From NCBI GenBank assembly GCA_951406725.2, contig OX597820.1, positions 53,940,001 to 54,004,000 on the forward strand: 64,000 bases of DNA. The letters run 5' to 3'. Each line of letters begins with the position of its first letter. Within the stretch, counting starts at the first letter, position 1. Source of the stretch: Octopus vulgaris (Eukaryota). Of the stretch, positions 1-16,909 are shown piece by piece. The notes below the pieces were generated by a model, which saw nothing but the letters and a program-made list of their open reading frames with translations, ran no database searches and was not told where the DNA came from. The position numbers were made by a program, and so were the translations under genes.

Positions 1-26
1 AATACTAACAGACTAGTAGTAGCAGC

Positions 27-71
<45 letters not shown>

Positions 72-828
72 GGTAGTAATAGTAGTAGTAAAAGTTATTT
101 TGCGAATTTTCAATTTTGTTTCCTTAACTCAGATATGAAAACATATATCACTGAACATGTATGTCTGTCTGTATGTATGTATGTATGTATGTATGTATGT
201 ATGTATGTATGTATGCATGTATGTATGTGTGTATGTATGCGTATATATGTATGTATGCATGTGTGTATATATGTATGTATGCATGCTTTAATATGTTTGT
301 ATGCTTTAATATGCTATATATGTAAGTTTGTATGTATGTAAACGTGTATGTGTGTGTATTTGTATGTATGAATGCATTTGCGTGTGTGTTCGCTTCTCGG
401 ATCTATCGACCATCTATCTACTTACCTATCTCTATGCCACTTTGCCGTTTTCACCTTTGTAACGGCTACGTCAGAGGAGGAAAACGCACCTTGCCTAAAT
501 GTCACGGGACCTATTAACGGTCGAGTTTTTGTGATTAAATATCTTGCTTAGTTAAACTGATATTCTGCTGGTTTGGGTTCACCGACGTCCGTCTACTAAT
601 ACTACTACTACTATTACGCATACACATACACTCGTAGACATACGCACGCAAACTTTTACGGTTTCTGTATCCTTGCGAATGTATATGTGTCTCTGTGTAG
701 TGCATATAGGTATGTATGTATGTATGTATGTATGTATGTATGTATGTATGTATGTATGTATGTATGTATGTATGTATGTATGTACGTATATATGTGTGTA
801 TGCATGTATTTATGTACGTATGTATGTA

Positions 829-1091
829 TAGTAGTGGCCAAAAATTTGGAACATCTTTCTTTTTTTGAAATATTAAAATTGCTACACCCATCACAATTCG
901 ATTCAAATACGTACAACGTGGAGACACATCCACCAAATAACTGATTCACTGGTTCAATTAGAATATATTGAACAATTGGATCAGGTATTAGGCAAGTACA
1001 TATCTACGTTGCATATATTTGAATCGAACTGCACTTGGGCACAAAAAATTCCAATTTTTGAAAATATGTCCCAAGCTTTTGGCCAGGACTG
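829..1091. mobile_element. Tc1-type MITE (~263 bp imperfect palindrome)
   Basis: Left end TA|TAGTAGTGGCCAAAAATTTGGAACAT; right end reverse-complements to TA|CAGTCCTGGCCAAAAGCTTGGGACAT; internal arms (TTCGATTCAAATA..CAACGT) also inverted; TA flanks within an (ATGT)n tract. Confidence 0.75.
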
Positions 1092-1594
1092 TATGTATAC
1101 ACATACATACTTAGAGACAAATCTACATGCTGGTTTTACACGATGGCATTACTCCATGCACTCACTTGCGCACTCACTTGATCAATCAATCAGTCAATCA
1201 AACAATCACGAATGACCTCACTCCTTTAAAACATAAAATATTAAGATAAGGATGGAAAAGATGTACAGAAGGAGGAGAAAGGTAATGCGAATCAGAAAGA
1301 TGTAGAGAAATATTATTAAATACAGATCGACAGACAAAGAGAGAGAGAGAGAGAGAGGTACAATTAGTCTGATGTCTACTTTGATACTACGAACATTGGC
1401 TTATGGTTACCTTTAGCTGAGTCCAATCTGTTGCAGGTGCTCAGGCCAGTTCTCTTTTATGAGAATAACTCCCTCCCTGCCTCCCACTAAAGGCAGTTTT
1501 ATTTTTTGCGAGTCGACACATAATTATATGCCTAAGTATATATACATACCTGCATGCACACACGCATGCACACATATATGAGTGTATGTGCGAC

Positions 1595-1686
<92 letters not shown>

Positions 1687-1943
1687 CAGCAGCAGCAGCA
1701 GTAGCAGCTAGGTCATGAGCTTAACTAAATCTGAATTAGTCTAAGCGAGACATTTAATGATTGAGAGTGCACAGCGTATCAACAAGTACTCGGTGCAATG
1801 AGCCCTAGAATATACCACATCTAGAAAATATAAGAAGTATTTACTATAGGTTACCCAGGAAGATATCTACAAGATGATCTGATGATTATTTGCTTGTCAG
1901 CCGCAGTTAAAAGTTAAACTAAGGACAGTTATAGGTATGTGTA

Positions 1944-1984
<41 letters not shown>

Positions 1985-2029
1985 GACGGGCTTCTTTCAA
2001 TTTCCGTCTACCAAATCGACTTACAAGGC

Positions 2030-2490
2030 AAAATCGAACTCGGCAGAATTTGAACTCAGAACGTAACGGCAGACGAAATGCCTATTTCTTTATTACCCAC
2101 AAGGGGCTACACACAGAGGGGACAAACAAGGACAGACAAAGGGATTAAGTCGATTATATCGACCCCAATGCGTAACTGGTCCTTAATTATCGACCCCGAG
2201 AGGATGAAAGGCAAAGTCGACCTCGTCGGAATTTGAATTCAGAACGTAGAGGCGGACGAAATACCTATTTCTTTACTACCCACAAGGTGCTAAACACAGA
2301 GAGGACAAACAAGGACAGACAAACGGAGTAAGTCGATTATATCGACCCCAGTGAGTAACTGGTACTTATTTAATCGACCCCGAAAGGATGAAAGGCAAAG
2401 TCGACCTTGGCGGAATTTGAACTCAGAACGTAACGGCAGACGAAATACTGCTAAGCATTTCACCCGGCGTGCTAACCTTTCTTCCAGTTT
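2030..2490 (-). mobile_element. Tandem partial copies of a tRNA-derived Nin-domain-type SINE
   Basis: Repeated reverse complements of GTTCTGAGTTCAAATTCCGCCGAGGTCGACTTTGCCTTTCATCCTTTCGGGGTCGAT..AAGTACCAG (B-box-like GTTCAAAT plus Nin-like central domain); the same family recurs many times in the window. Confidence 0.8.
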
Positions 2491-3264
2491 CTTACCACAC
2501 AGTCATGCATGAATATTGTTCATGTCATGAATAGTGCTGCATAAATTGCTTAGGAACGGGCAAAAAATAATATGCTCTCTTTATAAATCAACCAGAAATA
2601 ATAACTCATTTAGAAAGGTAGTGAAGATTACCCTTAGAGTGATCTACAGCAACATTATATAAAATGAAGATGTTTAAATATATGCCATAAGCTAAACAGG
2701 TAATAGAGCACACCTGAATCTATTCAGAACAATTTTTGTTTCATTTAACGAGATATTTAATCATTGTAGGTGCACAATAACTCAAAAAGTAGTCAGTACC
2801 ATAATTCGTTGTCAGGTGCTCCAGCATGACATCAGCCGCATGGCTAAAGCGAGTAAAGGAGTAAAAAGTAGAGAAATGAACCTTAAATATGCCAAGCTAC
2901 GATATTTAGAAATTTTCGAGTGCTTCATCTAGATGGATCAGCCTCGATTTACCTCGTCAGCTGCTGTCTTCTTCTTCTAATCAAGACTCACGCCATGAGC
3001 CACAAAGAATAATTTATAATTCGAGCCTACTCTAAGCTACTAAGTATGCGTGTGGAAACTTGAAGATCCACCTAGCACACGCGATAGACTGGCGGTTGCA
3101 CGGGCGCGAAAGCTATGTTGTTATTCTCATTCTGTAAACGCTGGCTTCTAACGGGTGGAGAGCTGAACCATCCTGGGGTACAGAGGATTCGCAATCTAGA
3201 CTAGAGTCTGAAAGTTTACTACACCATAGTGGCTTACACCATGGTTTCTCTGCTTTGTTGCAGA

Positions 3265-3454
3265 AGTAGGAAGAAAGAGTGAGAGAAAGTTGTGGTAAAG
3301 ATTACAGCGGTGTTCACCACCCAACCCCAACCGGAGTCACGTGGAGTTTAGGTGTATTTGCTTAATAAACACTCACAATGCCCGGTCTGGGAATTGAAAT
3401 CGTGCTCTTACGACCGCGAGTCCGCTGCCTTAACCACTGGGCCATTGCGCCTCC
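3265..3454 (-). mobile_element. tRNA-derived SINE (Arg-like head)
   Basis: Minus strand reads GGAGGCGCAATGGCCCAGTGGTTAAGGCAGCGGACTCGCGGTCG...ATTTCAATTCCCAGACC: A-box and B-box-like motifs followed by a non-tRNA body. Confidence 0.65.
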
Positions 3455-3984
3455 ACGTCAGCGGCTGTTTCACAAATGACAGTCGTTCGTCTAGTTACAC
3501 AACTTTTATAGCAATTTCTGACATCCGGAGCGATTGGTATATAAATCAATAAAGAACAAACATAAGCACAAATTAGTCATCTTAAAATCAATAAGAAATA
3601 ATAACTGTTTTAGAAAGATAATGACAATACATTCATAGGGCTCTTCTAAAGGAATGGACAAAGGAACGAAACATTCATTTATATATCCACGACAAATGAA
3701 ATCTGTTTAGAAATGATAGCGAAAAAATGTCTTCATACATGTCTGTATCCTTATCCATGCGTATGTTCTTCCAGTTACTTCAACGAGTTACTTGCTTTTG
3801 CAGATCATTGTTTTACTAGTCAAGGAGATCTACAGGGCATATATCAATCTTTAATGTTTTAAAACAAAGCTCCAATGTTTACTGTTTGTGCAAAAGCACA
3901 AGTATTTCCTTATAATCAATCACCACAACCTGGCCTCTCTTCTATATCATCTCATTCAAGTAGACTCAATAATGATGATGATGG

Positions 3985-4043
<59 letters not shown>

Positions 4044-4879
4044 GGTTGTTTTATTTTTCCTATTTTACTTTCTCACACTTTCTCCTCGTTACATACTCTG
4101 GCTTGTCATCTTAAATATTCTATTTCCATTTTTCCCCTTCTCATTACTCCCAACATGTTGTGCACACTCTTCACCATACACTTATTCTCATTTTCCCCCA
4201 ACGAATGGCTTAGCCCAAAACATACAAAGTACTTTCTCTACACGACGTACAAATTTGTATTTCTTAAATCCCTATGGTACCGTCCATTTTCTCATTTTTT
4301 TCTAACTATAGGCGCATGCATGGTTGTGTGGTTAAGAGCCTCCCTTTGCATCCAAATGGTTTCTAGTTCAGTTCCACTGCACGGCATCTAGATCATGTCT
4401 CTTCTACTATATATCTGGGCCGATCAATGCCTTTTGAGTGAATGTAGTTGAGGAAACTATGTAGAAACCCGTCGTATATTATGTATGTATATGTGTATAT
4501 GTGTATATGTGTATATGCGTATGTATGTGTATATGTGTGTGTGTATGCATGTGTGTGTATGTCTTTATATTTGTTTCCCCACATTGCTTGAAAACTGAAA
4601 ATGCATCCCTCTAGAACTACTTCACTGCCAATAAGGGGTCTCCCTAAAACTCACTATCTCCTTCGTCTCGTTTTCTTTTCAATATAATGATTCCTCGAAT
4701 TGATAATTGTGGACTCGGCTGAAAAGGTAGAATAGTAAACAAGATGTTTTTAAGCTTGTCCCACTCAACAAGCGGCGCTCGGTAAAATTTCGTTTCCTAT
4801 ATTGATGTATAAATATTAAGTGGATCAACAGATTACTAGACCCGCATTTCATGTTTTCTACCTAATATTATTGGGAGTT

Positions 4880-5245
4880 TCTTTCTGATTTAGGTACAAG
4901 GGTCGAAATTTTGAGGAAGGGGACCAGTCGATTAGATCGACCCCAGTACGCAACTGGTACTTAATTTATCGACCATGAAAGGCAAAGTCGACCTCGGCGG
5001 AATACTACCTCATATTATTGTTATCTTATAAGGTGGTGAGCAGGAAAGATCGCAAGAATGCTGGACGAAATGCCGCTAAGCATATCGCCCGTCCTTACAT
5101 TCTGAGTTCAAATTTCGCGGAGGCCTTCTTTGCCTTTCAGCTTTTCGGAGTGGATAAAATAAGTACCAGTCGTGTACTGGGGTCGATGTAATCGACTTAC
5201 ACCTTCTCCTGAAATAGCCGCTCTTGTACCAAAATTTGAAATCAA
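4880..5245. mobile_element. Two degraded Nin-type SINE copies in opposite orientation
   Basis: Minus copy ~4880-5000 and plus copy ~5030-5245 carry the same GCCTTTCA..GATAAAATAAGTACCAG..TGGGGTCGAT core. Confidence 0.65.
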
Positions 5246-5675
5246 TGTTATTGCTATCTTAACCTCAACCTCCATGGATCGTTAAAAATACAGCCTCCGA
5301 GAGAAACTTTGCAAGACGAAAGAAATTTGATTTCTGACCTCGGAGATAAGGTCAGGGGTCTCTGAGGTACGTTTTTGTAGGGATGGTCCCATAAGATTTC
5401 CACGAACTGCACCTTATCTCCTTCAAACTCACCTTAGCTCATGATTTCTCGTCCTAGACCGATGTACAGATCTAGGATTTTTGCTTGGGGGTGGGGAGCA
5501 ATAATTTTTAGTAATGTCTTCATGTTTTTATCATCGTTCATAGTAATGATCTGAGCTATTTTACCTCCAAAGTCAACGGATAAAAGTTCCGAATTTTAGT
5601 CATGCATTTTTACAAATTGCTTCCATTGGGTGTTCTGAAAATTGCTTTTTCGGGGACTTTTCCTCTGATTCAAAA

Positions 5676-6758
<1,083 letters not shown>

Positions 6759-9341
6759 AACAAATTCGACCTGACAGACTTGGCATGCGTCTTCCAACGT
6801 TTTCGTCGATATTTAATGATTTTAAACAGAGTAATCTTCATTTATGTTACTTCTGTTGTATTCGTACTTTTGCTTCACTTAACTCGACATACAAGGGCCT
6901 CTTTCCTTTCTTTTAGGATTCACTGCTTGAGGTGAAAGATGAGCAATAACTATATTTAAGCATTTCAAGTATCTAACTTTGTAAAATTTCTATGTTAAGA
7001 CAATGACCTAACTGATCTACAGCTGAACTATTTGACACGACTTCTGTGCGACGTTGGTTAAACGAGAATGTCACCACGGAGCAAAACATTGGTTTCTAAA
7101 CCAATTAGAGGTGTTCCTGAAATCTTTACAAATTGTGATTTTATATAGGGTTTTGTGGTGATTTCGGCGATATTTTGTAATTTTTTGGAAATAGCTTCAA
7201 ATAGGATATTTTATCGTACGGTGCATGCCTTTTAATTTTACCTTTCTGTCTTCTTTCAGTTACCATTAATGAATCATTCATATATTATTATCGTTAACTC
7301 AATCACGTTACCAAATATTGGTTTTTTTAGATTCGATTTGCCACATCCTAGCAATAATAGCTGTCAATACCTCTCCAGTTCCTCCTTCAACTGCTATTAT
7401 ATCTTAGAGAGTAAACACTGAGATATTCTTTTTACGAGAACATGAATCCATTGAAAGGAAGATGTGTCACGTTTCTCAACTGACATTACTAATGATATTA
7501 CAGGCAAATATATTTTAAATGTTACGTTTTAAATTCGTTTTATAGCATTTTATTTAGTTTGTGGTGAAAAGATTTATTTAACTATAGAAATTCCAGTTGA
7601 AAAGAAGCCGTATCAGTTATATAACATCTTATGTGGTCACTAGATACACACATGAACTACACGAGGAAATTCTTAACTGGTCTAATAGAGGCATTTATTC
7701 ATAAAAAGTGCTCAAAAATAAACTGAAAATTAATCGTAGGTTATGATCAATGATTAAATGTAAAAGAAACCTTTATAATGATAAATGTTGGACTACTTAT
7801 TTAAAGAAAATATGTGTATATTTATCTAACTGTAAATACATATCTAGCTGTATCTATACATATTCACTTTTTCAGTTGGTGTTCAGAGAGTCAAGCTTTG
7901 AATTATACTTGATATAAATAGAAGTCGATCTCGAAGGATTGAATATAAGATATATCTGACAAACGAAACCACCGCGTTTATATACAACCGAAAAAAAGTA
8001 CCGTTTGATCGAAATAGTAAAAATACCCTCAGAATGCTCTACTTGAATAGAGTAAGTTATTTAGGAAGATGATTCATGAGCGGTGTCAAGCTTTCATTCC
8101 ATATTACCAATGAGATATGCCAAAATTCCAACTTCAAAGAAATTTATTTCCAAGGATACGATTGAAAATTTGTCTGAGAATTTCTTTATAATCATTATTT
8201 CCATAACTTAAAAGAAGATTTGTAATTCCATTAAATCGCATAGTTGAGAGCTAATTTTCAGAACAATTTTTACAATGTATTATGTTATAGAAGTAAGGAT
8301 ATATGGACATATAATTGGCAGACATGGGATAGATCGTAATACGTGACTACTAGTTATTTTATTAACACTCAGGATAATAAAAAAAAGCTTCATCAGATGT
8401 TTGAAAAAAAACATGATCGCATTGTACATAAGCCGAGGTAGTATGTAGTCGCTCGAACTACTAGAAGTAAAGATCCAATCTATATCGTAGTCCACCAGGA
8501 ATAGCTTACTGACCAGTGTATACTGAGAAACACTATATCTGAACAAATTTAAAAAACATGGTTCATCATGTCTGTTCGATCAGTATTGACAAAAAATAAA
8601 CAGCAACGACTGTAATATAACAGATGGACAGAAAAGGAATATTGTAATGTAGTCTGGTGATCTTCTATATTTTAACCCTTTTCTGTAGTATCATATAATT
8701 CCCAAAATATATAAAATTCTTAAGATCTATAATATTTAATGAATATATTTCTAAATTATTAAAATATTGAGCTTATACAACTATTAAACCGTTAAATATG
8801 TGGATATAATAAGATTATAAATCTATTTTCTAAATATGTTTTAAGTGAAGAAAAAAGTGTTTTTTTATTTTCAAATAGATATGGCTAATATACATACTGT
8901 AATTTATTTGAAACCGAGGATAATGTTCTTACTTATCTCGAATTACGTTATTGGAATAATTTTAAATATGGTTTATATAGAACACTGCAGGTATGTAATT
9001 GAAAACAATATCAATTACTTATATCAACACCTTTCCACAGAAGCACACTGAAACGATCAAATCCACTGATAGCTTGATAGATTGTTTCTTACTTTATCAA
9101 CTTTAGAATGTATCAAAGTCGAAGGTGATCATGGAAGTATTTTAATTTAGAAACGTTTAGTGTCGAAATTAAATACTGTTATGCCGTTCTTCTACTTCAT
9201 TCATCACCAGATATTAAATATGTATTAAATTATATACTTAATTAAGTACATTAGAAAATAATCACAATAAGTTATACAATAAGGCAGAGAGGATAAGAGA
9301 CAAGTCATCTGCAAAAGAATATATACAGGTATGTGTGTGTG

Positions 9342-9408
<67 letters not shown>

Positions 9409-11142
9409 TTTTACTTGTTTCATTGCTTCAGGGGCAACCCGCGTGTTGCTGATACTGTTTAGGTTTTCGGTTCTTCCAGGAAGAAAGCTTTTAAATTACC
9501 TTTTCTGTTACTTGTATAGTAGCTGGGATTTTTACCTTGGACAGTCACTTTTAAAATTTTCCTTTGGCCCCTACTGCAGAGGATAACTCTTCAATCGTAT
9601 TATTTATTATATTCATTTTTAGTGTTGGGACATTATATCAAACAACTCATTACCAAACCTCACGTAAGCGCTACCCACTTGCTCATATTGTGCCACAGAT
9701 TGTAACTTCAAAGCTAAAGATCAACGTCCTCTCAGATCTCTTTTACAGTTACCAAATACCTGCAAGTTCTGTGATAGTCAACAGGCAGGCACGCACGGCA
9801 TTAACTTATTTTGTGTGCACATATAACGGGATTCCACTAAGTTTCCGTCTGCTAAATTTCACTCAAAAGGTATTCGTCACCCAGAGTTTACAAGAGAAGA
9901 TAGCGAAGGTACCATTTACCAGGAAAGACGTAATTGTGGAGTCAGTTTCTTAACCACAGACTATTTTTACCGTAACTATATTTAAGAAAGCCCGCTTTGA
10001 ACGAGCTTCAAGTAACCCTCAGTAATTACGGTATTTCTATAATTATTACAACTGTTCATTTCAAGGATTGGCATACGCCCATAAATTTCGAAGGATAATA
10101 CAGTCAATTAATTCGACTATACATAAATGGTACAAATATTTTCGTCCTTGGAAGCGTGAAACGCGAAGCCAAATACAGCAAGTTTTGAACTCAGAACTTT
10201 AAGGAAACGTTAAGTGCCGAAAGGCATTGAATCCGTGGGTTTACTATATTTCTGCCACTCACAAACCACTTTTTATCTATTTCAATATTTATGAAAAATT
10301 AACCTTACAAATTGCAGTAAAAGACAAACGTAAAAGTGTCTGTCCAAAGCAACACACTTTAAAATCATAAAACATTAATTTGTTTTTACTGCACTTTCGA
10401 CCAGTATTTAATCTATAACTATAGCGATGTATGTAATAACCAGTTAGTTCCTCAGTCATTTTTTCCTACTGCCTAATTCTTATGAACGGCCTCTGTCCAA
10501 AAAGCCTGCGAGTAAAATCACTAAGTTAAATTACAAAACATAAAATCCATTATATTGAATTATGAATTGAGCAAGAGTTTGTTCACTTCGAAAAACGCAA
10601 TCGAGGATGCTTGGTTGAAAATAAAAACTGTAAATCAAAATATATAGAAAAATAATAAGATACAGATAAGTAAATTGCCTGCACAACCATTTACACATAC
10701 ACAAGTTCGCATACATAATAGATGAACATTCTATGCAATTATTGCGCATGTGTATATAATACTATGTTTTCTACAGTGTGTATATATATATCATGAACAC
10801 TTCTCTATGTATGTAAATGTAGTTATAAGCGAATAGAATTGTGAGGATGTATATGCATGTGCGTGTGTGTTTGTGTGTGTGTGTGCATCTGTACGCATTT
10901 GTGCGTTTGTGTGTGTGTACGTGAGTTGTATATATGTGTGTGTGTGTATGTGTGCGTGTGAAATTCCCTGTGCCTCTTTGTATCTCTGTTTCTCATTCCC
11001 TCTCTCTCTCTCTCTCTCATAATAAATAATATATAGAAACACACATACGCACACACATTAATACGCAGAGTCACACACGACCGTGAGTATATGACTTTCT
11101 GTATGTATATGTGCGTTATAGTAAGGTAGGAACGTAGGAGGC

Positions 11143-11224
<82 letters not shown>

Positions 11225-11412
11225 TGTGTGGGTGTATATGCCTGCGTGTGAATTTAATCGACAATGCTTTCTTAATATCTTTATATGTATCTAAAACATT
11301 TTTTATTTGGTTTCATCTTTAAATTTTAACTTTAGGTAATGAAAATATCAATGATGATGCTGACGACGACGACGACGACGACAAACGATGACGACGATGA
11401 TGATGGCGATGG

Positions 11413-11459
<47 letters not shown>

Positions 11460-11629
11460 GAGGAGCAGGAACGTAATGACAGCGGCCAGGGTAGCGGCGG
11501 GGGTGATGGCAGTGATGGCGCTGGTGGTAGTGATGGCAGTGTAGGTGGTGGTTTTAGTTTAGTGGGGTGGTGTGGTGGTCGTGGAGATGCTCATCGTCGT
11601 CGTGGTCGTGGTGCTGATGTCAGCCGTGG

Positions 11630-11660
<31 letters not shown>

Positions 11661-12190
11661 GCTGGTAGTGGTGGTAGTGGTGGTGATGGGGGCAATAGTG
11701 GTGGTGATGGTGGTGGTGGTGATGATGGTTTTAGGATGACGAGATGGAAGAGAAGGGTGGTACCTTCACAGGTCTTTATTTAATCGCTTTAAATTCAATG
11801 ATGGATATATATTTGTTTATCTAATTGATTCCTTCTTCAATTTAGCCCAATTTGAGATCACTTTGACAAATTAAACTTTAACGAAAAAAAAACCGCTAAA
11901 TCATTTTAGATAATTATATGAATAAATATATTGTTTTATGTTTATTATACCTTACTTTTATTGCATTTATACACACGTACATACACCCGCATGCACACAT
12001 TCACACTTACGCATACTCTCACAGACACACAAACACACGCATAACAAATTATTCAAATTAATATAAATATATATATATATATATTTACACACGTATATAT
12101 GTACGTATATTTGCTTCGAACAAAACATATAATACACACAATCTAGTTATGAGTGTGTTTATGCGTGTGGTGTAAATATGAACTTATATA

Positions 12191-12300
<110 letters not shown>

Positions 12301-14423
12301 TACACATATATTGAACATATATGTCTGCATGTATGTATATATACGTGTATATGTGTGAGTGTGTGTTTCTGTATGTGTGTATGTATATATATATATACAT
12401 ATATATATAAATATATATACATACATACATATATATATGTATATATATATTCATACATATATATATATATGTATATATTCATACATATATATGCAAGCGT
12501 ATATTAAACATATATTAAATTGCATGTATACATATATACATACATATAAAACACACACACACCATACACACATAAGCACGCACACACACACACACACACA
12601 CACAACACACACACACACACAAACACACACATATATAATCCTAGTTACTTTCAGCTAAATTTGAGATCAATTTGAAGAATTACAAAACACACAAAGAAGA
12701 AATAATGGAAAATAAGAAAAGAAGTATCATTGATTATTTTTTTTTTATTAAGATATTATATTTACAAATTTTATTTTATTTCAATATTTTGTCCTTTCTC
12801 GCGCTCTCTCTCTTTCTCTCCCTCTCTCCTTGTCTCCACTTTTTCATTCTCTCTCTCTATCTCTCTCCAAATACTTTCCCCAAAATTCTTGCGGTATTGT
12901 TCAACAATGATAGAAGAAGAAATTAATATTAATATGAGCCTTTGTTAGAAAACCCTAATGAATAGTGAATTAATGTTTAATTTCTATCGCAAAGCTTTTT
13001 TATTTTATAAATTCACAAGCACAATGGATGTATGGTTTTATTTGACGATTCACTGAGATCGTGGGTTCCTATTCAACCTCAGGCAATGCACTGAGATACT
13101 TGAGCTCAAACTCTTAACTCTCATTCTCTCATTGTTTATCATGCAGATGGTTTCTCAGAAATATTTAATCGTTTAAACAATGCTTTCTCTTTGCAGCAAC
13201 AAGTACAATCTGTTTGTATATTTACACAACGATTTCCTAGCTAATACCTTGGCTAGTTACATACCCACAAATATAAGGCAATAAAAATAATATACCCAGA
13301 ATTGTCTTACATACATTCTCGAAATGTCAAGAAAAAATATTAACAATCGAACATTCATTTTGTTGTTGTTTTGTTGTTTTTTCTGTTATTTTATTTTATC
13401 ATACCGAGCTTAAATCTCCTGGGGCCAACTTTGCCTTCCTTCCGAAGTCGACAAAATAAAGTACCAGTCAAGTACTGTTGTCGACGTCATCAACTTTACT
13501 TCTCAATTTAGGGTCTTGTGTATATATAAAAAATAAATATTATTTATTATTGCTATTGCTTTTAAGACAGTCAATAGAAGAATTAGTTGAGCATCGACAT
13601 TATGGTATTTAGTTATGCCTTTCTGTGTTAATATCCGTCAGGGTAGACTTAACGTTTTATCGTTTCAATTACACATCAAGTACAGGATGAATTAAAATGA
13701 CATCTTCAACCATTCCGAATGTGTGATCCGGTACAGAAACGTTATTATAGGCTTTGTGCGTGATCAAATATAGCCATGTCAAGATTAATTTCTCCCTCAT
13801 TATAGTGTATATAGGCAGAACAAATCATTCGGAGTAATATCTGATCAATATAGATCATATGACAATGTTCAACATAAGACCAAAGTCTCTAATCGTTTTG
13901 ATCTGTGTTGCTGTTTGATTCTGGATCTAATTCAGATGATGTATGATGCTTGTTGTTCAACAGATTAGACACTATTATACTCATCGTACACAGATATCCA
14001 CTTCTATATAAGATATCTTTATTCAACTATCTAAGATTTTGGTAATCAACTTTCGGGCGATGAAATCTACTTACTGCGTATATTCTGGTGTTTGTTAAAT
14101 AGTCTGGAAGGTTTCAATGTTATTACATTAAAAGTAGATCCTAATGAATAGATAATGAAAGACGTAATATACTCCTTTAGTTTTTCTTTCATTTCGCTCA
14201 TTAACACAAATTTCAAATTACAGGTCAATTTTTTTTTTTTTTACACAAATTTCTTCTTTTTGTATTTAAATTCCCTTACTGATGATAAAAGGTCATGTCG
14301 CTTTCAGAACTGATGCTCATATAATCAAAATTACTTTGCCTCAACAGGATGTTATTCTGTCATATATTCGCGTGCGCACGCACTTACACTCACACACACA
14401 TACGTGTATATATATATATATAT

Positions 14424-14818
14424 ACTCTTTTACTTGTTTCAGTCATTTGACTGCGGCCATGCTGGAGCACGACCTTTAGTCGAGCAAATTCACCCCAGCA
14501 CTTATTCTTTGTAAGCCTAGTACTTATTCTATCGGTCTCTTTTTGCTGAATCCCTAAGTTACGGGGACGTAAACACACCAGCATCGATTGTCAAGCGATG
14601 TTGAGGGGACAAACAAAGACACACAAACATACACACACACATACATATATATATACACATATATGCGACGGGCTTCTTTCAGTTTCCGTCTACCAAATCC
14701 ACTCACAAGGCTTTGATCGGCCCGAGGCTATAGTAGAAGACACTTTCCCAAGGACCCACGCAGTGGGACTGAACCCGGAACCATGTGGTTCGTAAGCAAG
14801 CGACTTATCACACAGCCA
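14424..14818 (-). mobile_element. Near full-length tRNA-derived SINE (family A; GGCTGTGTGGTAAG head, internal microsatellite, GTAAAAGA tail)
   Basis: Reverse complement matches the plus-strand copies at 16910, 28300, 47695 and 59280 across head, body and tail. Confidence 0.85.
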
Positions 14819-15435
14819 AAGCGAATGTTTTTCTGTCCATCTGGGACCCCTAATTCTCGCTTTACATTTGCTCTACATAGACATATTATTTTTTGGGGGA
14901 ATCAGGATGACCCCAGGATTGAAAATCTGCCCTTCATTTGCCTGTTGAATATCCAGCATCGGGACCTGATTTAAAAGTATTCGGGTTGCTATTTGCAGCA
15001 GGTAAAGCTTGGTTGATTCACGCATTTGTCAGATGACGTCGGAGATCAAGGAGGAGATGAATTGACATTCGCTTCGCTAATTTTCCGTCGAGATAAGAAC
15101 TTTGGGGAAAATTGACCAAGAGTTGGAATTCAACTTGGGACTAGAACAATAGAACGATTGCATAGTAAAATTAATTTTCTTCCATACTTAACCGTTGATC
15201 AAACAACACCGGATCATATAGTCATTATAGATGTATTATAGTCAGCCGGCAGAAAATCTAGGGTTAAAATACGAACGAGATGGATGAATAATATTCAAGT
15301 TTCAGTTAATTGCGCCCAGGTATCCTGTACAAGTGTTTAAAGAGGGTTACAACCCTATTGAGGAGGTATCTGAGGACTCTATTCTCATCAATCTCCCAGG
15401 AATAATGGCTGGCGAAAATGTGTGTGTGTGTACGC

Positions 15436-15509
<74 letters not shown>

Positions 15510-15779
15510 ATTTCAAATAGATTCGTTATGCACACACGTGCGCGTGTGTGTGTGTATGTTTGTGTGGGTGTTTACGTGACCATGTATGTATTCATAAGAG
15601 AGGTGTATGAAAAGTTTTGAGCCTTCAACGCCTTCGAGCCTTGAAGCCTTGTACCATTATCAGAAGTCTTGTACCATGTTTTGCTTTTTAGAGGCTCAAG
15701 ACTTTTTATACACGCACGTACATATAAAAAAAATTATATTTTCAAAATACCAAATTATTACTTTACTTACAATGGGAAA

Positions 15780-16140
15780 CTATTCCTGATAGTACTATCT
15801 TTTATTGATGCACCGATTCCAATGTTTTTCCAAGTTTTGGAATGTCGTCGGAAGAGTGTTTTCTGGGATAATAATGCTTTCTTAGAGCGAATTTTCTTAG
15901 AACACATCCAGCGCCTCAAATCGGCAAGGAATCAGGGTAGATTTCAACTTTAGCAACAGAAAAATATGTAGCTGCCAATTCCAAAGCATAGAGAGACTGA
16001 GATACGAAGGTAATTTCGTGCTTCACCAAAAAGTTACGGTGAGCGCATGAGCAGAAGATCTTTCATGGTGCAGCATCCAGATTTTATTTGTCCGTGCATA
16101 GGACCTTTTTCTTTCCACTGTCTCTCTCAAATATTTTAAG
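15780..16140 (-). pseudogene. Highly degraded mariner (DD34D-like) transposase C-terminal fragment
   Basis: Manual minus-strand translation gives WMLHHERSSAH..FLVKHEI..QSLYALELAATYF..KLKSTL..RF..IPEN..HWNRCI, resembling the mariner WxLHHDNAPAH / PYSPDLAPxDF / RWxxCI motifs, with stops and frameshifts. Confidence 0.65.
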
Positions 16141-16909
16141 GTGTCCTGGTGGATCTCATGCAACATAGTTGTCGTTTAGTATAGAGAAGTGACAGGGAAA
16201 CACCGTTAGTAGGAGAGGATGGGAATGTGAAAGTGGGGAGTGAAGTATAATATCGGAACAAAACAGGGGACACTGCTAAGTTAAGAGAAGTTATGAGAAG
16301 TTAATATAAGCCAAAGCACTAATAAACAAGACAGGAGAAAATGAACAAGTAAAAAAGTAACAATTAAGAAATGAAAACGAAAAACTAAAAAGCTGAGGCT
16401 CTATGAAAGGATTAGATTTTAATATATTACATGAACTGTTAGGATATCAATGAAAATTCTTTTGTTAGTCGACTAAATACATAAATCAAATTCATGATGA
16501 ATCAAATTCACAATCGTTATTCCAGTCAAAACAGGCGATCAACACTTCTTTCGGATGAGAAGAACTCTAATATGCCTGAGAAGTTACCACTAGTGCTGGA
16601 GAAATTGCGTCTCCAGTTAATACATTTTTGTGTTTTTTAATACTATAGGTCAATTAGAGATGCTTTATCGAAAGGAATGCTGCGGTATAGAAGATTTTTC
16701 AATGTTATATATGATTTAAATATGATATACAAATAGTGAATGTAACTAGAGGGCGGTCGCAACGACATTAACTGAAAGCCAAGGTCCAACACACACACAT
16801 AGAGCTTGGCAGTACCTACTACTGTGTAGTGGTTGCCTAGCACGCTGTCGTGGAATTCCGACATATTTTAGGATATATTCATATATATCTATATTTGAAG
16901 ACATGTATA

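Noticed and set aside
3380-3454. Possible tRNA gene (also ~38050-38108 and ~51550-51620)
   Set aside because: A/B-box-like motifs are present but there is no closing acceptor stem, and each runs into a SINE body.
11388-11783. Gly-rich 131-aa ORF
   Set aside because: Derived from (GAT)n/(GGT)n repeats.
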